Below, in pieces: positions 40,441-54,690 of a stretch of DNA of 64,000 bases (position 1 is the first letter of the stretch; each line of letters opens with the position of its first letter). The stretch covers positions 51,274,001 through 51,338,000 of the forward strand of contig OX597826.1 in assembly GCA_951406725.2 (NCBI GenBank). Direction: 5' to 3'. This stretch comes from Octopus vulgaris (taxonomy: Eukaryota). Made by a program: the position numbers and the translations under genes. The notes beneath the pieces were generated by a model. The model was not told the DNA's origin and did not search any database. It saw only the letters and a program-made list of their open reading frames with translations.

Positions 40441-42004
40441 ATGTTGCAGACACTTTTGATCTATTTGGGTGTTATGCGTTAGAATTATTCACGTGAACAC
40501 ATCCAAAACTTACCACAGAGCGAATTACGTAACACCTAACTTGTCGCATCAAAAATAAATGTAAAAGCATGATAGCTTTTATTTAATAATAAGTACACAA
40601 TACAAATTACACAACACATTTTGCAGCATATGAAATTACATATTTTGTATTAATACTAGACTACCTATGACCTGTTGGTTTACCTGGAAAGTCTGAGTTT
40701 CCCAGCAACAGAGTTTTGTTTCACGGTTTTTTTCTTTTTCAGGTTATTTCGCATGCTTTTAACAGATGTGACATCGAAACCACGCGTAAACGGCTCCTTT
40801 CCTCGGAAAAGGGAAGATTTGGCTGTCCACGTAACAGGTATTTCGGGTCCTTTATCGCAAATAACTGTTACGTGGTAGCCGGGCGTGCTAGAAATAGCAG
40901 CCAAATCTTTGGAGTTGAGATACGTTGAATGCACTCCAAAAAAAAATTTGTAATGGTATTCCCTTGGGGCGATCTTTCGCTTTGACTCTCAGAGCTGTCA
41001 CTTTAACTCTCATAACTCGCTTTGACTCTCAGGACTGTCATCCGAATCCGTAAATTTTTTCTATTGATTTACTTTTGTTTTAAAGTGAAACAGATGAGAA
41101 AGTGAAAGATTATGAACGTGTATATGAAATGGATGTGTATGTGTGAGTGTGAGAAAGAGAGAGAGAGAGAGTGCCACTTACAGATACACGAGAACACACA
41201 CGTGCACTCATTCACTCTCCCTCTCTCCCTCATACACACATGCACACGTACATTCAAAAAAGCTGTACGCATGTGTATTGATGCATGTACGTATATATGA
41301 CAACATATCTCTTCACTCACTCTTTCTCTCTCTTTTTCTTTGTCTCTTTCTTCCTCTCTGTCACTCTTTCCCTCTCTCTCTTTTTCACACACACAGGTCC
41401 ATTTCATACACACGTACATACTTCTTTCACTTTCTCCTCTCTTTCACTTAAAAACAAAAGTAAATAAATAAAAAGATTTTTACAGAAATTGACGATGTAA
41501 AAATAATTAAAAAAACATTAAAATATTGTTTGTTTAAAGAAGGCGAAAATATAAGTACTTACTGTACAAATAACTTACAGTTTTGAAATCACATTCAGTT
41601 AAAAATATTTCTAAATGATTAAAATATTGTATGCGTCAAAAGTCGGCCTTTTTTTTCTTAGCGCGAAGACAGTGTGTGTGTATATATCACAGATAGCGGA
41701 CGTGTGTTTATGTTGATTGACATGTCATGACTTCATTATATGCGTGTGTATTCTCTATGTGTGTATGTGTTGACGTCACGGAAGCCATGTTTTTTTCGTC
41801 AAGAAATTACAAGCAAAGATTGTGCTTACTCGTTTTCATTAATGAACAGAGGTTCAAATGTGAAAAAATTTGTACTGCACTGCCAAAGGAAAGTATGAAA
41901 ATGAGTATGCAAAACGAATTAAGATAAAATATACTATTTCTGAGATATTTCGGGTACAAACAAACATGCCAAGAGTTTTTGTATTATCGAGATTAATACG
42001 TTAA

Positions 42005-42200
42005 TCGTTAGCACGCCGGATGAAATGCTTAGCGGCATTTCGTTCGTCTCCACGTTCTGTGTTCAAATTCCGCCGAGACACTCTTTGCCTTTTATCCTTT
42101 AGAAGACGAAAAGTAAGTACCAGTTGAGTACTGGTGTCGATGTAATCGACTTTTCCCCTCAACTGAAATTGTTGGTCTTGTGCCAAAATTTGAAATCAAT
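42005..42200 (+). mobile_element. SINE family B, diverged
   Basis: CGTTAGCACGCCGG...GTTCAAATTCCGCCGAG. Confidence 0.8.
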
Positions 42201-44580
42201 ATTATGTTAATCTTGCTTAATGTTAAACCTACTTCATTAACCAAATACTTATTGATAGAATGATTTTACGTTGAGAAATGCCTATTATGGTTTCTTGTTA
42301 CATGCAAGTGGACATTTATTTCCGCGGGCAGAGTTGATGATGGAACACGAACAGTGCAGCTTTAGATTAACAGTATTACACTTAGGTGACCCCTACAAAC
42401 TGCGGCTACCTTAGCAATGAACAAATGTAATATAAGAGTTCAATGATTTAAAATATGTAAAACAATTGAAATTAACAAAAACGTAAAGAAGATAGGTATT
42501 AAAAACAGATGAAGACATGCATAACTATGGCAGTGAAGTATTGGGAAGAGATACGTCAAATACGCATAACGAAATAAGTTACGAGCAATACAATGAAATA
42601 GACTGACCTGTAAATAAGAAAATACAAACTGCATAACAGACGACAGGATAACGTAGCAAAAAGAGACGGTGTATATATAAGAAAAATAGTCTTGGCGCTG
42701 ATATTTCTTTTTAATAACACAAGAAATATTTTCATAAAATTTCACGACAGCTTTCCATAATATACTTCCTGTCATTTGCCATAGAATTTTCACAGCATTT
42801 ACTTTATAATCACCCATAAATTGGAATGGTAAAGATTTTGATAAAGATTCAGTAACGCTATATATTGATTTTAAATGAACGATTTCATGACTTTGTTATA
42901 AAAATAATTTCTGAAATTTTCAAATCACTAAAATAAAGCCTATGAAAAGAGCTTAATCAGTTGTAAAATCTATAGGGGATATTTTCCTTTTGATATCAGT
43001 TCATTCTTCACATAAATCAATCGTATGATCGATAAAGAATGATCTCATTAAATATTGATTTCTAGTTTACAGTAGATGGGCTTTTTTTTATTGGAAAGGG
43101 AATAAACAAAGAAAGAAAATAAGAAAATTAATTCCTGGAAATTATTTCTTTTCCCGGACGATGGATGCTGAAAATAAATTCCACTCCATAGAAAACAGGA
43201 GAAATATAGTTTAGAATACCCGACGGTATTATCCAGATTATAAAATTGCAACGTTTTATGTCGTAAGACAATATTTAATCGCATGGCGTGGTAGATGAAG
43301 CTGAATTGATTACGTGACCTGGTTTCGACTTTTGGTTCATGCAAGTCTACATACATTCTTGGAAAATGCATCAAACAATGTCCTCGATTTCTTTCCCCGG
43401 AACCGAATTCCAAACCGTTGCGAACGGGCTGGAGAGTTGCTTGATTACCTGTTTCTGACTCCAGACTGGGTATATGTTCCAATTAACTCTGAAACGGTAC
43501 ATTTCAACAAACAGTAGGTTACCCCGGTAAGAACAACATATTGCTTTAAATAGCACAAAACTTTACAGTTGACTGAACTTGCTACGTTGAGTTTTCCTCC
43601 TCTTCTGAGTATTGTATGGATAGTTGCCTTATTATCTTGTATAACCATCACAGGAAGACAGAGTCTTCAATGTTAGCGTGTGACTAGTGACTAGTTGCCA
43701 AAAGTTTTCATCACCTTGGATCTACTTAAAAATTAGCATTTTACCTGTCATGTTTACTCTACTGCAGAACTACAGGTTTCTGGAATTATAGGCCTGCTCA
43801 CATTTTTTCCACAGGCACCATTGAACTAACATTCAAATTCGCTAATAACGGTATCGATTTCACTAGACAGGGAGAGCCCTCCTGATTATTAAGAGGTAAA
43901 CTTGTGTCCAATCTACGGTCTTTTTCGATCAACACCTGGAGCTTATTTCACAATTCTTCCAATGGAGAAAGTTATGGACGTAATTCCTGAAAATATAGAA
44001 AGTATTTGTACACAGCAACCGAAAAAGCAATGAAAATTCTGAGTGCCACAGAATCGATGTTATATAATATCGATTTTGATTTCACATTTTATCCATTTCT
44101 GGATCTGTTGAAGTTGACTTTGGTCCCAAACACGATGAATAATGTATCAGTTATAAACTGAGACATATTTAATCAACAGCTGCCCATCTCACAAAATCCT
44201 GATGTCAATCTAGAAAAATATTATTGTCAAAAATACAGAAAACTGACAGAAAACGGAAGAGAGCCAGTGCAATTCAGTACAAAGATCTTTCATTGAAGTT
44301 TCTATGTTGAAATCTTGCTGGAATCGCTCCTGAACCAATTTTGCCTCACCCTATGGATTGATAGAATATGTAAGAGTAAAATACTGGGATTTGATTTAAA
44401 AAATTAATAACCGTTACTAAAATGTGAATGGCTTTGTTCCAATGATACGAATCATTCTTATTAATTTTGCCACGTCACTGAATACTAGACCTTTGGATAA
44501 ACTACGCCACTCTGAGAAAAGCGTAAACAAAACTGTCATGATTACCATTTCTTCCTTCTGTAATAAGTATAATATGCAGT

Positions 44581-44740
44581 AGGCGCAGGCATCGGGATGT
44601 AGTTAAGAAACTCGCTTCGTAACCACGTGATTTTGGTTCAGTATCTCTGTGCAGCACCTTGGGCAAGTATCTTTTATTGTCCAGGACTGACCGATGCCTT
44701 GTGAGAAAATTTGTAGACGGAAACTGCGTGGAATCCCATC

Positions 44741-44774
<34 letters not shown>

Positions 44775-44965
44775 GCGCGTGTGTGTATATGTGCGTGCGT
44801 ATGTGTGTGTTTGTTTCCGCGCGCGCGCGCGTAAAGGTATCGATGGAATGAGTATCAGATTAAAAAAAAAGCAAAAGTAATGTGTTCGATATGTCCGACT
44901 GAACCATTTAAAGGTGTCGCTCCAGCATGACCGCAATTGAATTATTAGAAAAAGCAAGCAATAAA
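44581..44965 (+). mobile_element. SINE family A, diverged
   Basis: GGCGCAGG head, GTAGACGGAAACTG and tail remnant. Confidence 0.75.
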
Positions 44966-46647
44966 AGATGCAAGATAATAATGCTATGAAATTAATGGTT
45001 GGTGCAATACATGTTGAAGCTTAAAAATGGTAAGGTGGGGGTGGGGAAGGAAATTGATATGTTGTAAAGTTTATGGCGTTCCAAAAGGAATCTAACACCA
45101 TAAATCTACCGAGAGAAATATCGAACGATATGCCATAATACCATAGTATCACGAAATGCACTCTCTTGCTATATTACAGACGTTATTGTTGTTTGGCTCT
45201 AGGTCAACTTTGATTGCGTAAATAAGTCTTTTTGTATATCTGCAATTACATTACTCAGTGAGTCCTTCATTTCTTTCCCTAAGACGAGAAGTTGTTAACT
45301 GATGGTTATTTGGCTGCTATTTGTAGCCTGTTGAGTGACTACATAGAAGTTTCCCGCTTGGTTCCAGTGAATAAAGTTTGACTAGAAACAAAAGCGATAA
45401 CAGTGCAGAAGCGTTAAATATAATTCTCGAAAATATCTAGCGTTGTTTCTTTATGACCAGAATTAAAAGCCAAGAAAGTTCTATTTAGGTCTCCATAAAA
45501 GCGAATAACTACCAGGAATAAGGTGCTGTCTGGTCCATATGGAACAATATATGGTGAAATATATAGAGAGATTCCTACCAAACTATCTACGCCAGTTGAT
45601 TCCGCCACAAGAAACTAAAAGTTGTAATTAACTTATCAGATATCTAAATTTACAGGTGAAGCCATTCGGTCTTTAATTACTGTATCATTTCGAAGGCTAA
45701 TTTATCGTTAGCTTCTTCCATGAATGTGTATTACTTACGAGATGTTTCTTCAAATTGATGATACCTCTGACCAAGGTGAATAATCTGTTTACGATCAAGA
45801 AGCCGTAATCTGAAAATATAGCTCTCTGTCTTCATACACGCTCACAAGGACAAGAACGCACGCAGACACTTTTTACGCACCCGCGTACACATTCACGCAT
45901 ACAGACAGATAGACACACACACACACACAGACACGGCGTACGAACTTACAAGCAGAGATACACATATACATGAACATATATCTATGTTCTAGATTACATC
46001 TTTATATATATATATATATACATACACGCATATGTCTATGCATGTATAGTTTGTATGAATGCCTGTGCTCTCATGTGCATAGGCATATACACTTATAAGC
46101 ATATATATTTGTATATATATACATAAAGTTTATATGTATATTGAGAAAGTTAAGAGGTTTATATATTACTGTTCAAAATTCTGGCCGACCAAAACAAATT
46201 TCGCTAAAAATAGAATCTGTAAAAAGGTTTAAATTATTGATGACAAGTTGGAAGTTTTGTTTCTCTATTCTGGAATATTCTTGGCATCAAAGTACCAAAT
46301 TCCGATATACAATATCAAATAAACATAAGAACAGAAAGACAGTATCAGCTATCGAGGTACAGAATAAAAAAAACCGAAAGAAAGCATTGTCTTCATCGTA
46401 TCTGAAGTAATTCCTTCTCGAAATAAATCAAGTATGACACCATTGCTAAACATTGTTACATGCCCAAACCTATTGCGTTGCACACACATTTTACACATGT
46501 ACACACACAAACACACGCACTCACACAGAGACGCTCAAACTGACATACAAAGACACACACACGTGCATACGCTCGCGCAGACGCAAGCATGCATGCATAT
46601 ATATATATAAATATATACATACATACATACATACATATATATATATG

Positions 46648-46719
<72 letters not shown>

Positions 46720-46728
46720 TATATATAC

Positions 46729-46811
46729 ACAGTGAAGTACAGTTGAGTACACTATGCAGTGATAACAATAAAATTGAGAAGTCAGCCAGCAGTGAGCGCA
46801 AGAGGTTGATC

Positions 46812-46854
<43 letters not shown>

Positions 46855-46916
46855 CGCGTGTCCGTGCGTACGTGTGTGTTTGTTTGTGTGTGTGTGTGTG
46901 TGTTCTGATTCCATAT

Positions 46917-46957
<41 letters not shown>

Positions 46958-47040
46958 GATCAACCTCTTGCACTCACTGCTGGCTGACTTCTCAATTTTA
47001 TTGTTATCACTGCATTGTGTACTCAACTGTACTTCACTGT
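46729..47040. repeat. 85-bp inverted repeat (83/85 identical) enclosing a (TA)n/(GT)n microsatellite core
   Basis: Arms at 46729-46813 and 46956-47040. Confidence 0.92.
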
Positions 47041-47884
47041 AGTGCTAACTTAATTGGATTATTTATTAAATAGGCCTTTATTAAATTCATGTGCCTATGT
47101 GTGTGCTTTGTGTGTGCGTATGTGTACACACACATGCATATTTGTATATATACTTCATATATGTCTGTGTGTGTTTGTGTATGCATAAATTCTGCATGTA
47201 AAATGAGTGCATTTTCTAAAACGCCCACCCCTTCCTTAGTGGCGATGATAAGCATTGCTTTCCTAATTGACCTCCCATATTTCAGATACCTTCAAATCAT
47301 AGTCTTGGTTTCTGCTGGTCGTGCTTTCAACAAACAAGTTCATCATATAGCATCTGCATAGGGACCCTCTGATCATTTAGCCGAAAAAGGCATAGGTCTA
47401 TCGGGGGGTTAGAAGACACTTGCCTAAGGGGCTTCCCAGTGAGATGGAAACCGAAACCGTATATTTGCAAAGTAAGCTTTTTAACCACCCAGGCCTGGCT
47501 CTGTGGTTGAAAATCTACATCAATGTTATGGCAAGCTGAATTCTAATATATGGTTTATTTAAAGGAAACCATTATTCACACATTTGATTTCGGAACATTT
47601 GAATTCTCTGTTGGGAAAACGATAATTAGTTTATCGTAATTCCCATGTTTGCTACTCAGTATAATGGAACATTTCACGTTTCGAATAAATAAACCACAAC
47701 ATGTACAGTTTTAATATTGTGATTATAATCTCCAAGTTGTTGTTCGGTTCGATGTGATTTCACTGATATTCATTTATCGAAGTAATAAAATCCAAATCGA
47801 AATCAATTGAAGTTTAACGGAGGCTAAGAACACTTTAGGTTTAGTGCTCTTGCACTAATAGCCTAGGAAATCAACGTGGTTTAT

Positions 47885-48185
47885 TATTTTTAACGTTAGA
47901 GTGAACTAATGTCTTTTGATGCGGGGTGGGGCAGAAATACAATTTGCATGTATTTAGATTTTAGTTATTTATTTTATAGAACAATTAGTGAGCAATTAGC
48001 TTTATTGGTTAGAGGTTTTGAACGGAATACTCACCGATTCACTGAATATCTGGTTTAATATTTTTAGCGATAGAGCAAAGGAATGCCATTTTTTGCGGGG
48101 CGGGGAAGACATTAAGCAATATGCTTCTATTTAAATTTAGTTATTTATTTTGTATAACAGTTAGTAAACAATTAGCTTGGTTATC
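47885..48185. repeat. Diverged tandem duplication, about 174-bp period
   Basis: GCGGGG.GGGG...TTTAGTTATTTATTTT...CAATTAGCTT occurs twice. Confidence 0.8.
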
Positions 48186-48544
48186 AACGGACGAATTACT
48201 AATTTACTATTTTGCTGACAGCAAGATTAATAAGGATGACTAAATATAATAATTTTTATGAAACATGTTCTACTTGGTTAAGAAAGGTCAAAATCTTAAA
48301 TTAAAACTCTTGCAACTTTTTTTGATGCGACTCTACTCTGTACTGTTTTCTTCTCCTTCATCCTTCTCTATCTTTTTCTCTCCTCTCTCTTTCACCGTTT
48401 TCTCTCTCTCTCCTTCTTTTCCTTTTTCTCTCTCTCGTTTCTCACACGTGACCATCGTCCGTCTTTCTTTTGGTGCACGGACGTTCAAAGGACTGGACAT
48501 TTTTTTTCTCTCTCTTCTATCTTTTCTCTTTTCAAAGAAAATAT

Positions 48545-49075
48545 TTGAAGGCTCATATTGTCGTTGAATGCTCAAATTGAGGGGTAGACAGACAGCCGAT
48601 AACTGATGAAGGGTGGTTTCTCTGTGTTCACTTGTCCTATTTTCCATTTTTGTCTGTCGTTGTTTACGTATTTAACTCGTTTGTTTACGTACTTCATGTT
48701 GTTAGCACTATTGGTGACGTTCTGTACCTATATATGCTATTATACCCTCGTTCTGGTCTAACGACCCTCCATGTTTGTTTTCGTTCGGTTTCCTTCTATA
48801 TCTCTTCTGTCCTATTTTTGTTCCCAATTTTGACCCTCCATAGATCCAAAATTTTATTTTAGTATTTATGGCAGCAACTGTCTTCGAAGACTAATATTGT
48901 CGTTCAATGCACGAAATGAGGAGTAGATAGACAGCCGAAAACTGATGAAAAGTCGACCTTTTTGTTATTTGTCCTGTTTTCCATTCGTTTCTATCGTTGT
49001 TTGCGTATTTGCCTCATTTGTTTTCGTATTTCATGCTGTTTACTGTTGGTGACGGCCTGTACCAATGAATGCATA
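48545..49075 (+). repeat. Diverged direct repeat, 339-bp period, ending in (TA)n
   Basis: ATATTGTCGTT...GACAGCCGA.AACTGATGAA...TTGGTGACG..CTGTACC at 48555 and 48894. Confidence 0.8.
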
Positions 49076-50086
49076 TATATATATATATCACGTAATAACT
49101 TATGTATGGATGTTAACATTGTGACACTGCACAATATCTTCAGATAGAGGCGATCAAATTTATTCTATTATCTGTTTTTGTATCGTCCATGTAATTTTCA
49201 GTACACTTAACCGTACACTTATCTTAATTGACAATATATGAAGCTACCAAGATATATTCTAACATAAATCTTGATATATCATTCAAATATAGCATCGAAT
49301 GCATTTAACTTATTAGTGAAGCATTTCTAAAAGAAATAAGCACTTCGAATGTTAATACATTTACATTTATTTTCCAATATATACTTATGTTTTATTGTTG
49401 GTAGTTCTGTTTACTCTGGTACGTTTGCTTTTGTTTGCAAAAAATGTGAAAAACCATGCTACCATAATTAGATATATATGATTATAAAACTGCTCTTCTT
49501 TTACCGATGACTGCCAGAAATAACACAACCAATACGTAATGATTTTCCAAAAGAGGTTGAATATTGAATTCAGTTTTGCTATATATACACGGCTATTTCG
49601 TATTAACATTTAAATGTTAACTTCGTTTTAGTTCTTGATATGTTAATATAGAGCCAGTTAAGACATACAAAGTTAAACATCTAAACACACTCCGCACAAC
49701 ATCTTGTTAACATAAACACATGAACAATTGGAGGCATCTTTGATTTCCTGTTCACCATCTAGAACATGGAGCATAAAGACCTTCCAAGAGATCATATAGC
49801 TTCTTACACGTTTGGAATCAATATTATTCAAATTTACAACAACATCCGTACTACAGTTGTCAGTGAAATGCGGATATGTGAATCATACCTGTATTTCTCT
49901 GGTTTAAGCGATTTCGAACATACGAGAAAGACGGTTTGTATTATCCAATTACCTTTTTCATCTGAGTTAGAAGTCAAGCTAATGCATAACAGATAGAGCT
50001 TTGAGAGATTTCCTTATTTCAAGTATCAGGTTGAAAGAGCTACATTTGCAAATTAAAGTGTTTTCATAGTTTACTGATAAGTAAAG

Positions 50087-50147
<61 letters not shown>

Positions 50148-50513
50148 AACAGGGGGTTGAGAAAAATGGAGAGAATTATAGATTGATAGAGAGGGAGAAA
50201 CAGGAGGAGAGCGAGAGAGAGGGAGAGAGAGAGGGAAGAGAAAGAGAGCAGATTACGTCTTAATATCGCCCTATTTGAGTCACACAAGTTAAGATCATAT
50301 ATATATAGTTCTACAATTTTCATGTGTGTATAGATAATTTTCAATTAATCATCTGATAATATTGATTTAATCATAAATATACGATAAAAATAATCATACT
50401 CTTGAATAAACGAATTCTCTGATTCTGTTTTAGTGGTATGTGGTGTTCTTGTTTACGGTTAAAATCTGGTAAATTGTTTTTTGATACCTTGGTCATTAGA
50501 GATGTTTTATGTG

Positions 50514-50585
<72 letters not shown>

Positions 50586-50591
<6 letters not shown>

Positions 50592-50951
50592 ACGATACAA
50601 ATAAAATGATATTTTCCGAACGCCGAGTTTCCGTTATCACAGCAGAAATACTGGGTAAATTACGCTTACAAGGTGGAAAAGTTTGTCAACAACCTGCCAT
50701 AGGACTCGAACCCTTATAGACTCCGACTGAGTGCTTTACCCTTAAGTTAAACTGCCCGCTAACACATTCCACTGTCGAATTAGACGCTAAATACTTTAGC
50801 TTTAAACAGCAACCATGTGTGTATAAATGTAAACAAACATGGCTGCTCGTTGATAATTTTTCCACCTTGTAAGAATAATTTATTCAGTATTTCTGCTGTT
50901 GTAACGGCAAATCTGCGTTAAAAAATATCATCTTCTTTGTATCGTACAATA
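50586..50951. mobile_element. Foldback/MITE-like element with about 113-bp inverted arms and an internal tRNA-like segment
   Basis: TATTGTACGATACAAA... pairs with ...TTTGTATCGTACAATA. Minus-strand B box GGTTCGAGTCC near 50702-50712. Confidence 0.78.
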
Positions 50952-51695
50952 CACATTTCATCGCTTCTTATAAAAAAAAAATCAAATAAAAACCCCCCAA
51001 AAACCTACGGTAGAGATAAACTGCTGAATCGGGTCTGCGACTTGTGCAGTCGCATTCCTTCGATGTTGTATCGAGAAGAAACCCAACATCTTAAGGACCA
51101 AGATCCGTCTTTTACAACTGCTGGTTCTGTTCGTCCTACTCTGCAGCACTGTGAGCTGGGCCATCCTCAGACAAGACCTGAATAAGCTTGAGGTCTTCCA
51201 AATGCGGTATCTTCGTCAGACCTTCGGTGTTTCTCTACACGACTGAATCTCAAACCAAAGCTGTTCTGGCCATGACCACTCTGTCTTTCTATCGATACAG
51301 AATATTCAATCTCATTTTATTCGATATTTCCTTACGTTTAAAGCTAGTAAGTTGTGATTTGAGGGTTACATTGTTAGCTCGTGCTTTTGTCACTGGTCTG
51401 AGTAAACGGAGGTTCAATGATTTGGTATATTACAATTAAAAAAAAAAAAAAAAAATACATGACTGTCTCGCTGATCATCATTGATTGTAAGGAATCTCAG
51501 TTTTAAGATTTGATATATAAATATTTATTTATACATCCAGTATCTTCAGAGATCATCTGTCACCAAAAGTCTGTCCAAATACTTTGCTCTACTGATTAGG
51601 AAATTCCAGGTTTGCTCTGATAAAGCAGAGACCAAATGTTGTTTCAGGGACACCGCACCTACGATTACATTATTCATTATATTCTGCTTTTTAAG

Positions 51696-52057
51696 CGCAA
51701 GCATGTCTGTGTAATTCGAAACTACATGGATTCGAGTTCTTGTTCCACTGCACAGCATATGTTTCAAGTGACTTCTATTATAGCTTAGACCCGACCAATA
51801 GCTTGTGAGTGAATTTGCTAGGCAGAAACTGTGAAGAAGCATGTTATATGCATATGTGTGTGTACACCTTGCTTTTGTATGTCTTTCAACTACTTGACAA
51901 CCGGTGTTGTTAGTTTACGTTGTCGTAAAGTAGGTTTTCCATTAAACAGAAACTTAGATAAGTTAAACATGATCTAGGGTCAATTTATTTTTTCGTTTTC
52001 ATGGCGGTGCTCCAGGATAGTCACAGTCGAGTAAATGAAACAAGTGAAAGAATAAAA
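51696..52057 (+). mobile_element. SINE family A, highly diverged
   Basis: CTTGACAACCGGTGTTG...GGCGGTGCTCCAG...AAACAAGTGAAAG. Confidence 0.7.
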
Positions 52058-52914
52058 GCATGGTAGGGTGTTATTTGAGGGAGGATTGGCTGATGTTTCT
52101 TCTACGCTAATGACGACGGAAACGCTTCTTCTCACGCACCGTTTTTAATTAATGACCCAACGAAAAGTTATATAAGCTCAACCTCTCATAACTAACAACT
52201 TTGAGCCATAACGGTGTTCAAAGAACCGCTTCCTCTCCGATCAAAAGGTCCAGTCGCTCGATGAAAAATATATTCACATAGAGACCAAAACTGTTTTCGC
52301 TATTTAATAGTTTTCGTTTGATTTTAGTTTGCTCTATTCTTGAATTAAATGAATAATTATTAATTTTTGTTTTAAAATTCAAATCAAGTTAGTATTGAAG
52401 CATTTTATGTTTTCCACAAACCGATCACTTATATCTTTCTGAAAAACCAGGTCAGTCTTCATTGGAAATATCAAAGTCAATAGATTCACATCAGCGTCTA
52501 ACAGAAACTATGCTTCTTTTTTTCCCTTCTTTTGATCTAACTAGAATTCTAATTCTTCCTTTCGTCCCTGCAATTCTACTTAATAATTTAAAAAATAAAT
52601 GCCACTTCTTTCATCTTTTGTCTTTCTATAGATCGACGTGCAAGATTTTTTTGCGTCTAATCAAAATGAAATTATCTTGCCAATACAGTAGAGATAACTT
52701 TTAATAAATATTTGAAACTTTCTATTCTAAATTAAGATACAGATGTTAGAACATTAACATAATTGCACTGTAAAAAGTACATTAGCAATTCGAATGCATA
52801 TGCATACACATGCATGAATATATCATCACATACAGGCACACCAATCAGCATAATTTACATAACATTATTTGCATTCTCCATAAATTACATTTACTGCTGT
52901 TATTTTTGTTGCTG

Positions 52915-52982
<68 letters not shown>

Positions 52983-53021
52983 TATTATTATTGCTGTGGT
53001 TGTTGTAATTGCTGCTATTAA

Positions 53022-53240
53022 GACAGCGAGGTAGCAGAATCGTTAGCACGTCGGGCAAAATGCTCAGCGGCATTTCGTCTATATTTACGTTCTGAGTTCA
53101 AATTCCGCAGGGATCGACTCTGCCTTTCATCCTTTCGGGGTCGATAAAATGAGTACCAGTCAAGCACTGGGGTCGATATAATCGACTAGTCCCTCCAACG
53201 CAATATCAGGTCTTGGGCCTGTAGTGGGAAGAATTATTAT
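53022..53240 (+). mobile_element. SINE family B
   Basis: Head and core as in the copy at 1433. Confidence 0.88.
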
Positions 53241-53707
53241 TGAGTTGTCTTATTTTTACCACGTGCTTTTACTGCAATACCGGGCGCAGCTCTGTGTGCC
53301 TTGGGTATGTGCTGTGGTTTGTTTTAAAATTGTTATTTTCATTGAAAATGCTTTACGTACTATATGTGTGGTGCCTTATACTACTATTTTAATATGCTAT
53401 ATATAGTTTTTTAAGTCTTGGTGTTTTGGTTATGTGTTTGTCTATACGTTTTTAATCATACCTAATGCAACTATTATTATAGGGATTGTTTCTGTTTTTA
53501 GGCTTCACATTCGGCTTCACATTTGCAGATCTTTGTATTTTGATAGTTTCTCCATTTCTTTTAAAGAAACATTGTCATCTGTTGGTATTGATACATCGAT
53601 TAGAAGGTATTATTCTTCTTCTTGTTCTTCTTGTTCTTGTTCTTGTTCTTGTTCATGTTCTTGCTGTTGTTTTTGTTATTGTTGTTGTTGTTGTTGTTGT
53701 TCTTCTT

Positions 53708-53738
<31 letters not shown>

Positions 53739-54106
53739 TTATTATTATTATTATTAATATGCTAACTTTTCCTTTTTTAGTACAGACCTGTGGTATGTGT
53801 CACACTTACTTTAAAGGAAGAGATAAAAAGATTGAAGGGAGAGGTACAAAGAAAATGAGAGATACAAAGTGTTAAACAGAGGAGGTATAGTTGAAGCGAG
53901 AGAGAGGAAATGAGAGAGCCAATGAGTGGTGACTGAAATGAAAGTGGCGTTCCTTTGTTTTTAAATGTTTATCAGTATTTCCAGAGTATACTAATGCATA
54001 CAACGAAAGAAAAGTAGATACCTACCTATCTACCTACCTACCTACCTACCTACCTACCTACCTACCTACCTACCTACCTACCTACCTACCTACATACATA
54101 CATACA

Positions 54107-54138
<32 letters not shown>

Positions 54139-54194
54139 AATACACATTGTTAAATTAAAAGCAGGAGAGAGGAGAGACAGATAGGAAGTGATAC

Positions 54195-54229
<35 letters not shown>

Positions 54230-54434
54230 GAGAGACAGCGAGTGTTGACTAAAAGGAAGGTGGCGTTCCTTATTTTGATTTTAAATGTTTATCAGTGTTT
54301 TCAGAATAGACAGATACACATATCGAAAGTAATGTAGATACATAGGCACACAGACACATTATTATAACAAAGAAAAATAACTAGAGCAAATATTGGATGT
54401 CACTTCCACTTTTCATTACCGCACAAGGATAAAA

Positions 54435-54690
54435 TTAACTCGCAAGTGGCTGAGTACTCCACAGACATGCCTGCCATTAACGTAGTTCTCAGGGAGATTC
54501 AGGTTCACACAGAATGTGACAAAGCTGGCCCCTTTGAAATACGGGCACTACGCATCTTTGTCTGCTGAGTGCACTGCAGCAAGGTGAAGTAGAGTGCCTT
54601 GCTCAAGAACACAGCGCACCACCGGAAATCGTACTCATGATCTTACGATCGTGAGCTGATGCCCCTAACCACTGAGTCACGCACCTTCAC
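54435..54690 (-). mobile_element. tRNA-derived SINE with a D-like head and a different body
   Basis: Reverse complement GAAGGTGCGTGACTCAGTGGTTAG...GTTCTTGAGCAAGGCAC. Confidence 0.7.

Noticed and set aside
43048-43651. Overlapping ORFs in unique sequence
   Set aside because: No recognisable protein; splice signals unconvincing
51190-51226. Minus-strand AGGT-CTGACGA...GGAAG-ACCT
   Set aside because: No stem III or UH triplet
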